From positions 63,742 through 127,741 of the forward strand of contig CANTEO010000001.1 of NCBI GenBank assembly GCA_947652855.1: a stretch of 64,000 nt of DNA. The letters are read 5' to 3'. This stretch comes from an uncultured Roseburia sp. (lineage in GTDB: Bacteria; Bacillota; Clostridia; Lachnospirales; Lachnospiraceae). Of the stretch, positions 20,790 to 29,518 are shown piece after piece. Under the pieces are notes generated by a model, which saw only the letters and a list, made by a program, of their open reading frames with translations, was not told where the DNA came from and did no database searches. The position numbers were made by a program, and so were the translations under genes. Position 1 is the stretch's first letter. Each line of letters starts with the position of its first letter.

Positions 20790-23700
20790 ATGATAGCAAA
20801 GAGAAAAAGAAAATTTTGGCAGCGGATGACAGCGGTATTTCTAAGCGCGATGCTTTTTGCAGGAACGCTTGGGAATGGCGCTGCCTATGTAAAAGCGGAG
20901 GAACTTACTGGCGGTTTGGGCGCAGAATCTGGCGGGAGATATAATCAGGCAGGAAAAACGGCAGAGGATCCGACGGGAGAGCATAAACACAAAGTCTGCG
21001 CAGATGCTGAATGTACAGACGAAAGCCATAATGAAATCATATGGACAGAATGGACGTCGGCGGATTCGCTTCCAACAGAGAGTGGAAGTTATTATCTGAC
21101 ACAAGATGTGACATTAACGGATTCTTGGGAACAAGCAGTCTCAGCGCAAATCAATCTCTGTTTCCATGGGCATATCGTAAAGATAGACAGTCCGAATAAG
21201 TCTGTTATGGTTGCAAAAAAAGGTACGCTCGCACTGACGGATTGTTCCGGTGCAGAACATAAATTTTCAGTAGATCGCAAAACGGGCTTATGGACGTTAG
21301 ATGAGACGGGCGGCACAGAGACGCTTACGGGCGGATGTATTACCGGGGCGCGCGGCGGTGAAGGCGAAGGCGAAGCATGCCCGGCAGTTGTCAATGAAGC
21401 ATATTCAACTTTAGAGATGTATCGTATCAATATTGTGGGCAACAAAAACGGCGGCAAAATGTTGCTTAGTGAATATACTTATGATGATGCGGGAAAAGGC
21501 GGAAGCGCATTATATAATGCCGGAGCATTTTTCTTAAACAGCGGAAATATCGTGGGCAACTATGTGGATATGAGCATGATAAAAGAATCTGACGCAAAAA
21601 AGCACGCCGGCGGCTGTGTATTTATAGAGCGTGAAAGCTTAAGCAAATTTACAATGAACGGCGGTAAAATTTATAAGAACGGCGGAGAACATAATACCTG
21701 CGGCGGCGTATTTGTCTATGGTGGGAAATTTACAATGAATGGCGGCGAAATTTCTGAAAACAGCGGTGTAATGGGCGGCGGAATTTTGGCTAACGGTGGA
21801 TGGGGCAGTTCATATGAATTTACTTTGAACGGCGGTAAAATAACGAATAATGACGCAAAGAAGGGCGGCGGAATTTATTATAAGTATGATAAGGACTTTA
21901 TTATAAACGACGTAGAAATTACCGGAAATGCAGCGCAGGAAGGCGGCGGCGTATGGTTGGGATATACCAATTCATCGAAATTTGCAATCAACGGCGGAAC
22001 GATAACGGGTAATTTTGAAAAAATACAAGATTACAAAACAGATGAGGTGCATGAATTTAGCAGCAATCTTTATTTTGAAAAGACGTTTTCTGAAGAGCGA
22101 TACCAGTGTAAGCAGATAGAGATCGCAAAGAAATTAAAAGAAGGGTCAAAGTTTGGCATAACGATTGGCGGCATTTCAGATAATGACCTGTTTTTTACAA
22201 AGGAATCTGTTTCGAAATGGACTGACGATGTTCTTTCTTATTTTGAAAGCGATGATCCGATTTATGAATTTGCAATATATGAAGGAAACAAACGGCTGTG
22301 TTTGAAGAAGAGTCAGGATGAGCTGCATAAGCCGATAGAGGCAGTCAGAAAACAAATAGGTGATATAGAAAAGGAGGGCTTTGATAACTATGGCTCACTA
22401 TGCCAATCGGCAAGGCAGGCATATAATGCTTTATCTGACGAACAGAGGGGCCTAATGAATTATGCGGTATTTAAAAAATTGCAGGATATGGAAATTGAAG
22501 CTTGGTTTGAAAAGGAGAATGGGGGTACGGAAGAAAAGCCATTTACGATTGAAGGATATGCTGACCTCCAACATCTTTGTGAATATATGGTTTCTGCTAA
22601 GTGTGGCTTAAGGGATAAATATTTTAAACTTACGGAAGATATAGATATTGGCTCTTCTGACAATCATGTAGACGTTATAGGCTGGCCGCCAAGTGAGAGT
22701 GAGGATCATGAAATCATTCCTTTCTTAGGAATTTTTGATGGAGAGGAATATGCGGTCACGGGCCTTGGCAGCTATCAACGTGTTTCGAACGGCTCTGTCA
22801 GGGACTGCGTGGGATTGTTTGCCCATAATAAAGGGACGATTCAAAATCTTACTGTGGTAGGGGAGTTTTCTGACTCAATGAGTGAGAATCCTACTGCGTC
22901 GGAAAGAGAGTATGTCGGAGGCATTGCCGGAAAAAATGAAGGAAAAATCATCAATTGCGACAGTATTGTAAAAATTAACGGAAAAGATTATGTAGGGGGC
23001 ATTACAGGCGCAAACCTTGAAAAAGGCATGATAGAAAATTGCAAAAGCGCGGAAAATGTTGTGGGGACAGGAAGCAATGTCGGAGGCATTGCCGGAGAAA
23101 ACAAAGGAATCATTAGAGGCTGTTTCTATGAAAAAAATGAGCGGATCAATAAAGATATTTTTGGAGTAGGCGGCGTGAGCGGCGATCCGGAAGGAACTGC
23201 GGCTGTAAATAACATTCATGCCCATGCGCCATGTGGAGAAAGAGAGTGTCCGAATGAGGAAGGGAATATTCATTATCATCATCACGACCACATTCCCCGT
23301 ATTTGGGAGCCATGGTCGAAGTCGGATTCGCTTCCAACAGACGGAGGGCGCTATTATCTTACTGCCGATGTGGAGCTGTCAGAAAAATATGTGAGCACGA
23401 GTGCGATGAGCAAAGGCTTATGTCTAAACGGCCATATCATCAAACCTAAAGATAAGACGGTCAATCCTTCCCGTAATCCAGCGGATATGAGCAGCGATTT
23501 TGCCCTCATAGAGAATGGAGCTGGAGACCTGACGCTTACAGATTGTTCAAAAGAAAAGCACAAATTTTCTGTGGGTGAAAACGGTTTGTGGACTTTAGAT
23601 GAGGAAAACGGCACGAAAGAGCTTACAGGAGGATGCATTACAGGCGTTTTTGCTGCCGAAGGATGCGATGCAAAGGTATGTGCGGTAAGCCATTATCGTG

Positions 23701-26700
23701 GTAAGCTGAGGCTTTACAATGTAAATATTGTGGGCAATAGCAGTAATTCAAGCGGTGCAGGATTAAGGAATTCTAATTTTCGCAATGTAAATAATGCATA
23801 TATGTACAGCGGGAACATAGTTGGAAATTGTGCGCCTGACGGTGCAGGCGTAACTATCAAGGCAAATAGATTTTATATGCATGGAGGCACGATTGCTGAT
23901 AACCATGCCACAAATTATGGAGGCGGAATATTTTGTGATGATAGAGATAGTTATGAACCGCTGATTCTGATATACGGAGGAACAATTTCCGGAAACTCTG
24001 CAAAACGCGGAGGAGGGGTATATTTTGTAGACGGCATAAAGCTGTTTTACATGGATGCCGGTGAAATGAAAGACAATACGGCATCAGAATGTGGAGGAGG
24101 AATATATGGAGTGGGCGAGCCTGAATTTGGCGCGTCTGCGGATTCTTTTGCCGGGCCGATAACGATATACGATAATTACGTAGAGAATGAAGGAGGCAAA
24201 CTGCCGAATAATTTTTATTTAACGAACAATAGCAGAATTAATGCGATAAAAGGCATGAAAGAGGGGTCTAAGATTGGCATTAGTACAGAGGCGTTGCCGA
24301 CAGAGGAGACGCCGCGTGTATTGGTTGCGAATGTGAGTCCACAGAATTTTTCGCTGGATAGCTTTTGCAGTGACCGAACAGGATATACGATGAAGTTAGA
24401 AGGCGCTAATTCTTCGAACGGTTTCGTATATCTTATTGTAAAAACCAAGCCGGAATCAGAAAAATTTATAGAGATGATAAATAATCTGGGCGACGTGACG
24501 GTGGAGAATGTTTTGGACAAGGCGCAGTCCCTTAAGGAAGTAAGGGAGGCGTATGAGAAGCTGGATCAGGAACAGGCCTCTAATGTGCCAGAAGAAGCAT
24601 TAGGGAAATGGGACGGCGCCGAAAAAACGTTAGTAGAAGCAGTGAAACAGAAAATAAACGACATCGGTGAAGTAGACGAGGCAAACGTCTTAAGCAGGAA
24701 AACAGCTATTGAAGAAGCAAGGGAAGCCTATGATAAGCTGTATCCGCCTCTGGTGGAGCAGTTTCCAAAAGATTTAGAGAAGAAGCTGACCGATGCAGAG
24801 GCGCTTTTGGCGCAGGTGTCAGGCGGCGGAGTTTCTGACGCAGTGGCGCAGGCAATCGCAAAAATAAACGAGATCCCGTCTGCCGTGACTTATGATAAAG
24901 CCTGCAAAGACGCAATTGACGAGGCAAGGAAAGCATACGACGCTTTAAGCGAAGGCCAGAAGGGCCAGATTCCGGAAGGCGCGTTACAGAAACTGACTGA
25001 CGCAGAAGCAGAATACGACAGGCTCGCGGCAGACTCAGTGAAACAGAAGATAGATGCTATCGGTGAAATAAACGCGGACACTATCCTTGGTAAAAAACAG
25101 CTCATTGAAGAGGCAAGGAAAGCGTATGAGGCATTGACCGAAGGCCAGAAAAAACGGATTCCGGAAGAGGATTTGAAAAAGCTGACCGATGCAGAAAAAC
25201 TCTATGCGCAGGTATCAGGCGGCGGGGCTTCTGACGCAGTGGCGCAGGCAATCGCAAAAATAAACGCGATCCCGTCTGTTGTAACTTATGATAAAGCCTG
25301 CAAAAAGGCAATTGACGAGGCGAGGAAAGCATACGACGCTTTAAGCGAAGGCCAGAAGGGACAGATTCCGGAAGGCGTGTTACAGAAACTGACTGACGCA
25401 GAAGCAGAATATGACAGGCTCGCAGCAGAGGCGGTCAAAGAAAAAATTGACGCCATTGGCGACGTCACTGTTGAGAATGCAGAAGAGAAAGGGCAGGAGA
25501 TCGAGGACGCGAGGGCCGCGTATGACAGCCTGACCGATAAGCAAAAAGAGCAGATTGCCCCGGAGACATTGAAGAAGCTGACCGACGCGGAAAAAGCCTA
25601 TGACCAGGCAACGGGAGGGAAGAACCAGGCAGCAGTAGACAGAGTGGTGGAAAAGATTGACGCGATCCCGATGCCGGTACAGCATGACTGGAAATGCGCG
25701 CAGAAGATCGAGGAGGCCAGGGAGGCTTATGACAGCTTGACTGGAAGCCAGAAAAACATGGTTCCAGAAGAGAAAAAACAAAAGCTGACTGACGCCGAAA
25801 AGGAATACGACAGGCTGGCGGCAGAAAAGGCCAAAGAAAAAATTGACGCGATTGGGACTGTGACGCCTGAGAACGCAGAAGAGAAAAAACAGGCGATTGA
25901 GGACGCCAGGGAAGCCTATGACAGCCTGACGGACGGCCAGAAAGGGCTGATTACAGAAGAGGAGAAGAAAAAACTCACAGACGCTGAGAAGACGTACGAC
26001 GGGACAAAAGGGAATAAGGATCAGGCAGCGGCAGACAAAGTGAAGGATAAGATTGACGCCATCCCGGTTCCAGTGCAGGACAATGAGGAGACGGGACAGA
26101 AGATAGAAGACGCGGAGGATGCGTATGAGGGCCTGACTGGGACTCAAAAAGACATGGTCTCCGAAGAGGACAAGAAAAAGCTGGAAGACGCGAAGGACGC
26201 GTATGACAGCCTGCAGGCGGACAAAGTGAGGGATAAAATCGACGCGATCGGCGAGGTGACGCCGGAAAATGTGCTTGATAAAAAAGACCTGATCGAAGAC
26301 GCAAGGGACGCATACGACAAGCTGACCGACGGGCAGAAAGAGCTGATTGCCCCGGAAGAGAAGAAGAAGCTGACCGACGCGGAGAAAGCATATGACCAGA
26401 CACAAAATGGAAAAGACAGGGAAGCGGCAGACAAGGTCGTGGAAAAGATTGACGCGATTCCAGACCCGGTGCAGAAAAACGAGGGCTGCAGGACAAAAAT
26501 TGAAGAAGCGAAGGACGCATATGACAGCCTGACCGGAACCCAAAAAGACATGGTGCCGGAAAGCAGCAGAAAGAAGCTGGAAAACGCCCTGAATGCATAC
26601 GACAGGCTTGCGGCTGCAGAAGCAATGGAAAAAATTGACGCGATCGGCGAGGTGACGCCGGAAAACGCCGTCAGCAAAAAAGATCGGATCGAGGACGCCA

Positions 26701-29369
26701 GGGAAGCGTATGACAGCCTGACGGACAGACAGAAGGAATATGTCACGCCGGAAGAGAAGAAGAAGCTGACCGACGCAGAGAAAGCCTACGACAATGCGAC
26801 AGGCGGTCACAATCAGGCAGCGGCGGACAGCGTGGTTGAAAAAATCAACGCGATCCCAGACCCGGTTAAAAATGATGCGGACACAAAACAGAAGATCGAC
26901 GATGCAAGGGAAGCCTACGACAAGCTGACGACGGCACAGAAGGACATGGTTCCTGAGAGCAGCAGGAAAAAGCTTGAAAATGCGGAAAAAGAGTACCAAA
27001 AATTGTCAGGGGCCGATCAGGATGCAGCCGACGAGGTGAAAGAGAAGATCGACGCGATCGGCGAGGTGACGCCGGAAAACGCCGTCAGCAAAAAAGACCT
27101 GATCGAAGACGCCAGAGACGCATACGACAAGCTGACCGACGGGCAGAAAGAGCTGATTGAGCCGGAAGAAAAGAAGAAGCTGACCGACGCGGAAAAGATT
27201 TACGACAACGCGACGGGCGGTCACAACCAGGCGGCGGCGGACGAAGTGAAGGATAAAATCGACGCGATCCCAAGCCCGGTCAAAAATGACGAGGAGACCA
27301 AACAGAAAATAGAAGACGCGCGCGAATCGTACGACGACTTAACCGGGACGCAGAAAGACATGGTTCCGGAAGAAAGCGAGAAGAAGCTAGAAGACGCAGA
27401 AGACGCGTACAATAAGCTGGTGACAGACGAAGTCAAAGAGAAGATCGACGCGATCGGCGAGGTGACGCCGGAAAATGCCGTCAGCAAAAAAGACCTGATC
27501 GAAGACGCTAGGGACGCGTACGACAAGCTGACCGACGGGCAGAAAGAGCTGATTGAGCCGGAAGAGAAGGAAAAATTAACCGACGCAGAAAAAATCTACG
27601 ACAATGCGACGGGCGGTCACAACCAGGCGGCGGCGGACGAAGTGAAGGATAAAATCGACGCGATCCCAAGCCCGGTCAAAAATGACGAGGAGACCAAACA
27701 GAAAATAGAAGACGCGCGCGAATCGTACGACGACTTAACCGGGACGCAGAAAGACATGGTTCCGGAAGAAAGCGAGAAGAAGCTAGAAGACGCAGAAGAC
27801 GCGTACAATAAGCTGGTGACAGACGAAGTCAAAGAGAAGATCGACGCGATCGGCGAGGTGACGCCGGAAAATGCCGTCAGCAAAAAAGACCTGATCGAAG
27901 ACGCTAGGGACGCGTACGACAAGCTGACCGACGGGCAGAAAGAGCTGATTGAGCCGGAAGAGAAGGAAAAATTAACCGACGCAGAAAAAATCTACGACAA
28001 TGCGACGGGCGGTCACAACCAGGCGGCGGCGGACGAAGTGAAGGATAAAATCGACGCGATCCCAAGCCCGGTCAAAAATGACGAGGAGACCAAACAGAAA
28101 ATAGAAGACGCGCGCGAATCGTACGACGACTTAACCGGGACGCAGAAAGACATGGTTCCGGAAGAAAGCGAGAAGAAGCTAGAAGACGCAGAAGACGCGT
28201 ACAATAAGCTGGTGACAGACGAAGTCAAAGAGAAGATCGACGCGATCGGCGAGGTGACGCCGGAAAATGCCGTCAGCAAAAAAGACCTGATCGAAGACGC
28301 AAGAAAAGCTTATGACAAGCTGACCGACAGCCAGAAAGAGATGATTGACGCATCCGAGGTCAAGAAGCTGACCGACGCAGAGAGAATCTATAATGACGCC
28401 ATGGATGCAGACAGCCAGGCGAAGCTGGACCAAGCCGCCGCGCAGAACGCCATCAGCAAAATAAACGCCATTGGCACAGTGGTGAAGACAGACGAGTGCG
28501 CGGCGAAGATCAAGGATGCGCGCGCCGCCTACAACGCCCTGACGGACGCACAGAGAAAACTGGTTCCCGCGGCTGTCTTGAAAACATTGACGGATGCGGA
28601 GGGCGCCTATGCTGAACTGACAAAAGACACAGGCCTGCCCGCTGACAAGAAGGAGCAGATTCAAAAAATTGCAGAGACATTGGGCGTAAGCGAGGAGACC
28701 GCGACAAAGATTCAGGCATTGGCGGAAGAGCTCGGCGTGGAGGCGGAGACATTGCTGCTTACCGACAGCAGCTTTGAGGGCCCTGACACAGAGAGAGACA
28801 TGAAAGGCTCCACCTTCTCGCTCCTTCAGGTAAAGGCGACAAAGGTTACGAAGAAGCAACTAACTTTGAAATGGAAGAAGGTGAAGGCCGCAGACGGCTA
28901 CAAGGTCTATGGCACCCGCTGCGGAAAGGACAATAAGGCAAAGCTGATAAAGACCATTGAGAAAAATGGGAAAACCAGCTTTCAAGTGAAGAGGCTCTTG
29001 AAAGGGAAGGCATACCGATATGTCGTCCGCGCATACAAGATCATCGACGGCAAGGCAGTCACAATCGCCGCCTCAAAGACCACCCATATCTTCACGAATG
29101 GCGGCAAGTATGGGAACGCGAAGGCGGTAAAGGCCAAGAAGACAAATGTGAGCGTGAAGAAAGGAAAGACCTTTAAGATAAAGGCATCGGAGGTCAAGGC
29201 AAAGAAGCCGCTCAAAAAACACAGGCAGCTCTGCTATGAGTCCAGCAACGCTAAGGTGGCGGAAGTGACAAAGAAAGGCGTCATCAAGGGCAAGTCAAAA
29301 GGGACCTGCTTCATTTACGCGTATGCACAAAACGGCATTTATAAAAAAATCAAAGTAACCGTAAAATAA
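20790..29369 (+). CDS. Giant secreted surface protein (2859 aa): two His/Cys-capped beta-helix-like modules, GLUG-like region, ~21 helical ~66-aa repeats, FN3-like and Big_2-like C-terminus
   Basis: AAGGAGG RBS and signal peptide; GGGIY/GGGV and GGxIxxN beta-helix repeats; VGGIAGxNxG; KIDAI...AREAYDxLT...KKLTDAE repeats; LKWKKVKAADGYKVY and YESSNAKVAEVTKKGVI. Confidence 0.85.
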   Translation: MIAKRKRKFWQRMTAVFLSAMLFAGTLGNGAAYVKAEELTGGLGAESGGRYNQAGKTAEDPTGEHKHKVCADAECTDESHNEIIWTEWTSADSLPTESGSYYLTQDVTLTDSWEQAVSAQINLCFHGHIVKIDSPNKSVMVAKKGTLALTDCSGAEHKFSVDRKTGLWTLDETGGTETLTGGCITGARGGEGEGEACPAVVNEAYSTLEMYRINIVGNKNGGKMLLSEYTYDDAGKGGSALYNAGAFFLNSGNIVGNYVDMSMIKESDAKKHAGGCVFIERESLSKFTMNGGKIYKNGGEHNTCGGVFVYGGKFTMNGGEISENSGVMGGGILANGGWGSSYEFTLNGGKITNNDAKKGGGIYYKYDKDFIINDVEITGNAAQEGGGVWLGYTNSSKFAINGGTITGNFEKIQDYKTDEVHEFSSNLYFEKTFSEERYQCKQIEIAKKLKEGSKFGITIGGISDNDLFFTKESVSKWTDDVLSYFESDDPIYEFAIYEGNKRLCLKKSQDELHKPIEAVRKQIGDIEKEGFDNYGSLCQSARQAYNALSDEQRGLMNYAVFKKLQDMEIEAWFEKENGGTEEKPFTIEGYADLQHLCEYMVSAKCGLRDKYFKLTEDIDIGSSDNHVDVIGWPPSESEDHEIIPFLGIFDGEEYAVTGLGSYQRVSNGSVRDCVGLFAHNKGTIQNLTVVGEFSDSMSENPTASEREYVGGIAGKNEGKIINCDSIVKINGKDYVGGITGANLEKGMIENCKSAENVVGTGSNVGGIAGENKGIIRGCFYEKNERINKDIFGVGGVSGDPEGTAAVNNIHAHAPCGERECPNEEGNIHYHHHDHIPRIWEPWSKSDSLPTDGGRYYLTADVELSEKYVSTSAMSKGLCLNGHIIKPKDKTVNPSRNPADMSSDFALIENGAGDLTLTDCSKEKHKFSVGENGLWTLDEENGTKELTGGCITGVFAAEGCDAKVCAVSHYRGKLRLYNVNIVGNSSNSSGAGLRNSNFRNVNNAYMYSGNIVGNCAPDGAGVTIKANRFYMHGGTIADNHATNYGGGIFCDDRDSYEPLILIYGGTISGNSAKRGGGVYFVDGIKLFYMDAGEMKDNTASECGGGIYGVGEPEFGASADSFAGPITIYDNYVENEGGKLPNNFYLTNNSRINAIKGMKEGSKIGISTEALPTEETPRVLVANVSPQNFSLDSFCSDRTGYTMKLEGANSSNGFVYLIVKTKPESEKFIEMINNLGDVTVENVLDKAQSLKEVREAYEKLDQEQASNVPEEALGKWDGAEKTLVEAVKQKINDIGEVDEANVLSRKTAIEEAREAYDKLYPPLVEQFPKDLEKKLTDAEALLAQVSGGGVSDAVAQAIAKINEIPSAVTYDKACKDAIDEARKAYDALSEGQKGQIPEGALQKLTDAEAEYDRLAADSVKQKIDAIGEINADTILGKKQLIEEARKAYEALTEGQKKRIPEEDLKKLTDAEKLYAQVSGGGASDAVAQAIAKINAIPSVVTYDKACKKAIDEARKAYDALSEGQKGQIPEGVLQKLTDAEAEYDRLAAEAVKEKIDAIGDVTVENAEEKGQEIEDARAAYDSLTDKQKEQIAPETLKKLTDAEKAYDQATGGKNQAAVDRVVEKIDAIPMPVQHDWKCAQKIEEAREAYDSLTGSQKNMVPEEKKQKLTDAEKEYDRLAAEKAKEKIDAIGTVTPENAEEKKQAIEDAREAYDSLTDGQKGLITEEEKKKLTDAEKTYDGTKGNKDQAAADKVKDKIDAIPVPVQDNEETGQKIEDAEDAYEGLTGTQKDMVSEEDKKKLEDAKDAYDSLQADKVRDKIDAIGEVTPENVLDKKDLIEDARDAYDKLTDGQKELIAPEEKKKLTDAEKAYDQTQNGKDREAADKVVEKIDAIPDPVQKNEGCRTKIEEAKDAYDSLTGTQKDMVPESSRKKLENALNAYDRLAAAEAMEKIDAIGEVTPENAVSKKDRIEDAREAYDSLTDRQKEYVTPEEKKKLTDAEKAYDNATGGHNQAAADSVVEKINAIPDPVKNDADTKQKIDDAREAYDKLTTAQKDMVPESSRKKLENAEKEYQKLSGADQDAADEVKEKIDAIGEVTPENAVSKKDLIEDARDAYDKLTDGQKELIEPEEKKKLTDAEKIYDNATGGHNQAAADEVKDKIDAIPSPVKNDEETKQKIEDARESYDDLTGTQKDMVPEESEKKLEDAEDAYNKLVTDEVKEKIDAIGEVTPENAVSKKDLIEDARDAYDKLTDGQKELIEPEEKEKLTDAEKIYDNATGGHNQAAADEVKDKIDAIPSPVKNDEETKQKIEDARESYDDLTGTQKDMVPEESEKKLEDAEDAYNKLVTDEVKEKIDAIGEVTPENAVSKKDLIEDARDAYDKLTDGQKELIEPEEKEKLTDAEKIYDNATGGHNQAAADEVKDKIDAIPSPVKNDEETKQKIEDARESYDDLTGTQKDMVPEESEKKLEDAEDAYNKLVTDEVKEKIDAIGEVTPENAVSKKDLIEDARKAYDKLTDSQKEMIDASEVKKLTDAERIYNDAMDADSQAKLDQAAAQNAISKINAIGTVVKTDECAAKIKDARAAYNALTDAQRKLVPAAVLKTLTDAEGAYAELTKDTGLPADKKEQIQKIAETLGVSEETATKIQALAEELGVEAETLLLTDSSFEGPDTERDMKGSTFSLLQVKATKVTKKQLTLKWKKVKAADGYKVYGTRCGKDNKAKLIKTIEKNGKTSFQVKRLLKGKAYRYVVRAYKIIDGKAVTIAASKTTHIFTNGGKYGNAKAVKAKKTNVSVKKGKTFKIKASEVKAKKPLKKHRQLCYESSNAKVAEVTKKGVIKGKSKGTCFIYAYAQNGIYKKIKVTVK
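27042..28300 (+). repeat. 396-bp tandem repeat (~3.2 copies, most of it identical by eye) inside the giant surface gene
   Basis: AAGATCGACGCGATCGGCGAGGTGACGCCGG recurs at ~27045, 27441, 27837 and 28233; antisense shadow ORFs repeat with a 396-bp period. Confidence 0.92.
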
Positions 29370-29370
29370 A

Positions 29371-29429
29371 AGAAAAGGGGCTGTTGCAAAAGTGGATGAA
29401 TAATCTACCAGAGCAACAGCTCCGTTTCT
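29371..29429. repeat. Imperfect inverted repeat (GGGGCTGTTGC...GCAACAGCTCC); terminator or REP-like
   Basis: AGAAAAGGGGCTGTTGC / GCAACAGCTCCGTTTCT, 17-bp arms with 2 differences. Confidence 0.7.
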
Positions 29430-29445
29430 ATGCCGAAAAACAGAA

Positions 29446-29496
29446 AAGAGGATGTCGCAAAATCATCAAAATTAGATGATTTTGCGACATCCTCTT
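29446..29496. terminator. Perfect 22-bp inverted repeat between convergent genes (likely terminator; REP-like)
   Basis: AAGAGGATGTCGCAAAATCATC - 7 nt - GATGATTTTGCGACATCCTCTT. Confidence 0.8.
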
Positions 29497-29518
29497 AATA
29501 GTTTCTGAAAATCAGATC

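Noticed and set aside
25380..26999. 539-aa antisense ORF (and 25975-26625, 26144-26746, 28179-28859)
   Set aside because: Shadow frames of the biased repeat region of the sense gene; no RBS or recognisable domain.
27042..28300. Possible CRISPR array
   Set aside because: The period is 396 bp, there are no unique spacers, it is in frame within a CDS, and no cas genes are present.
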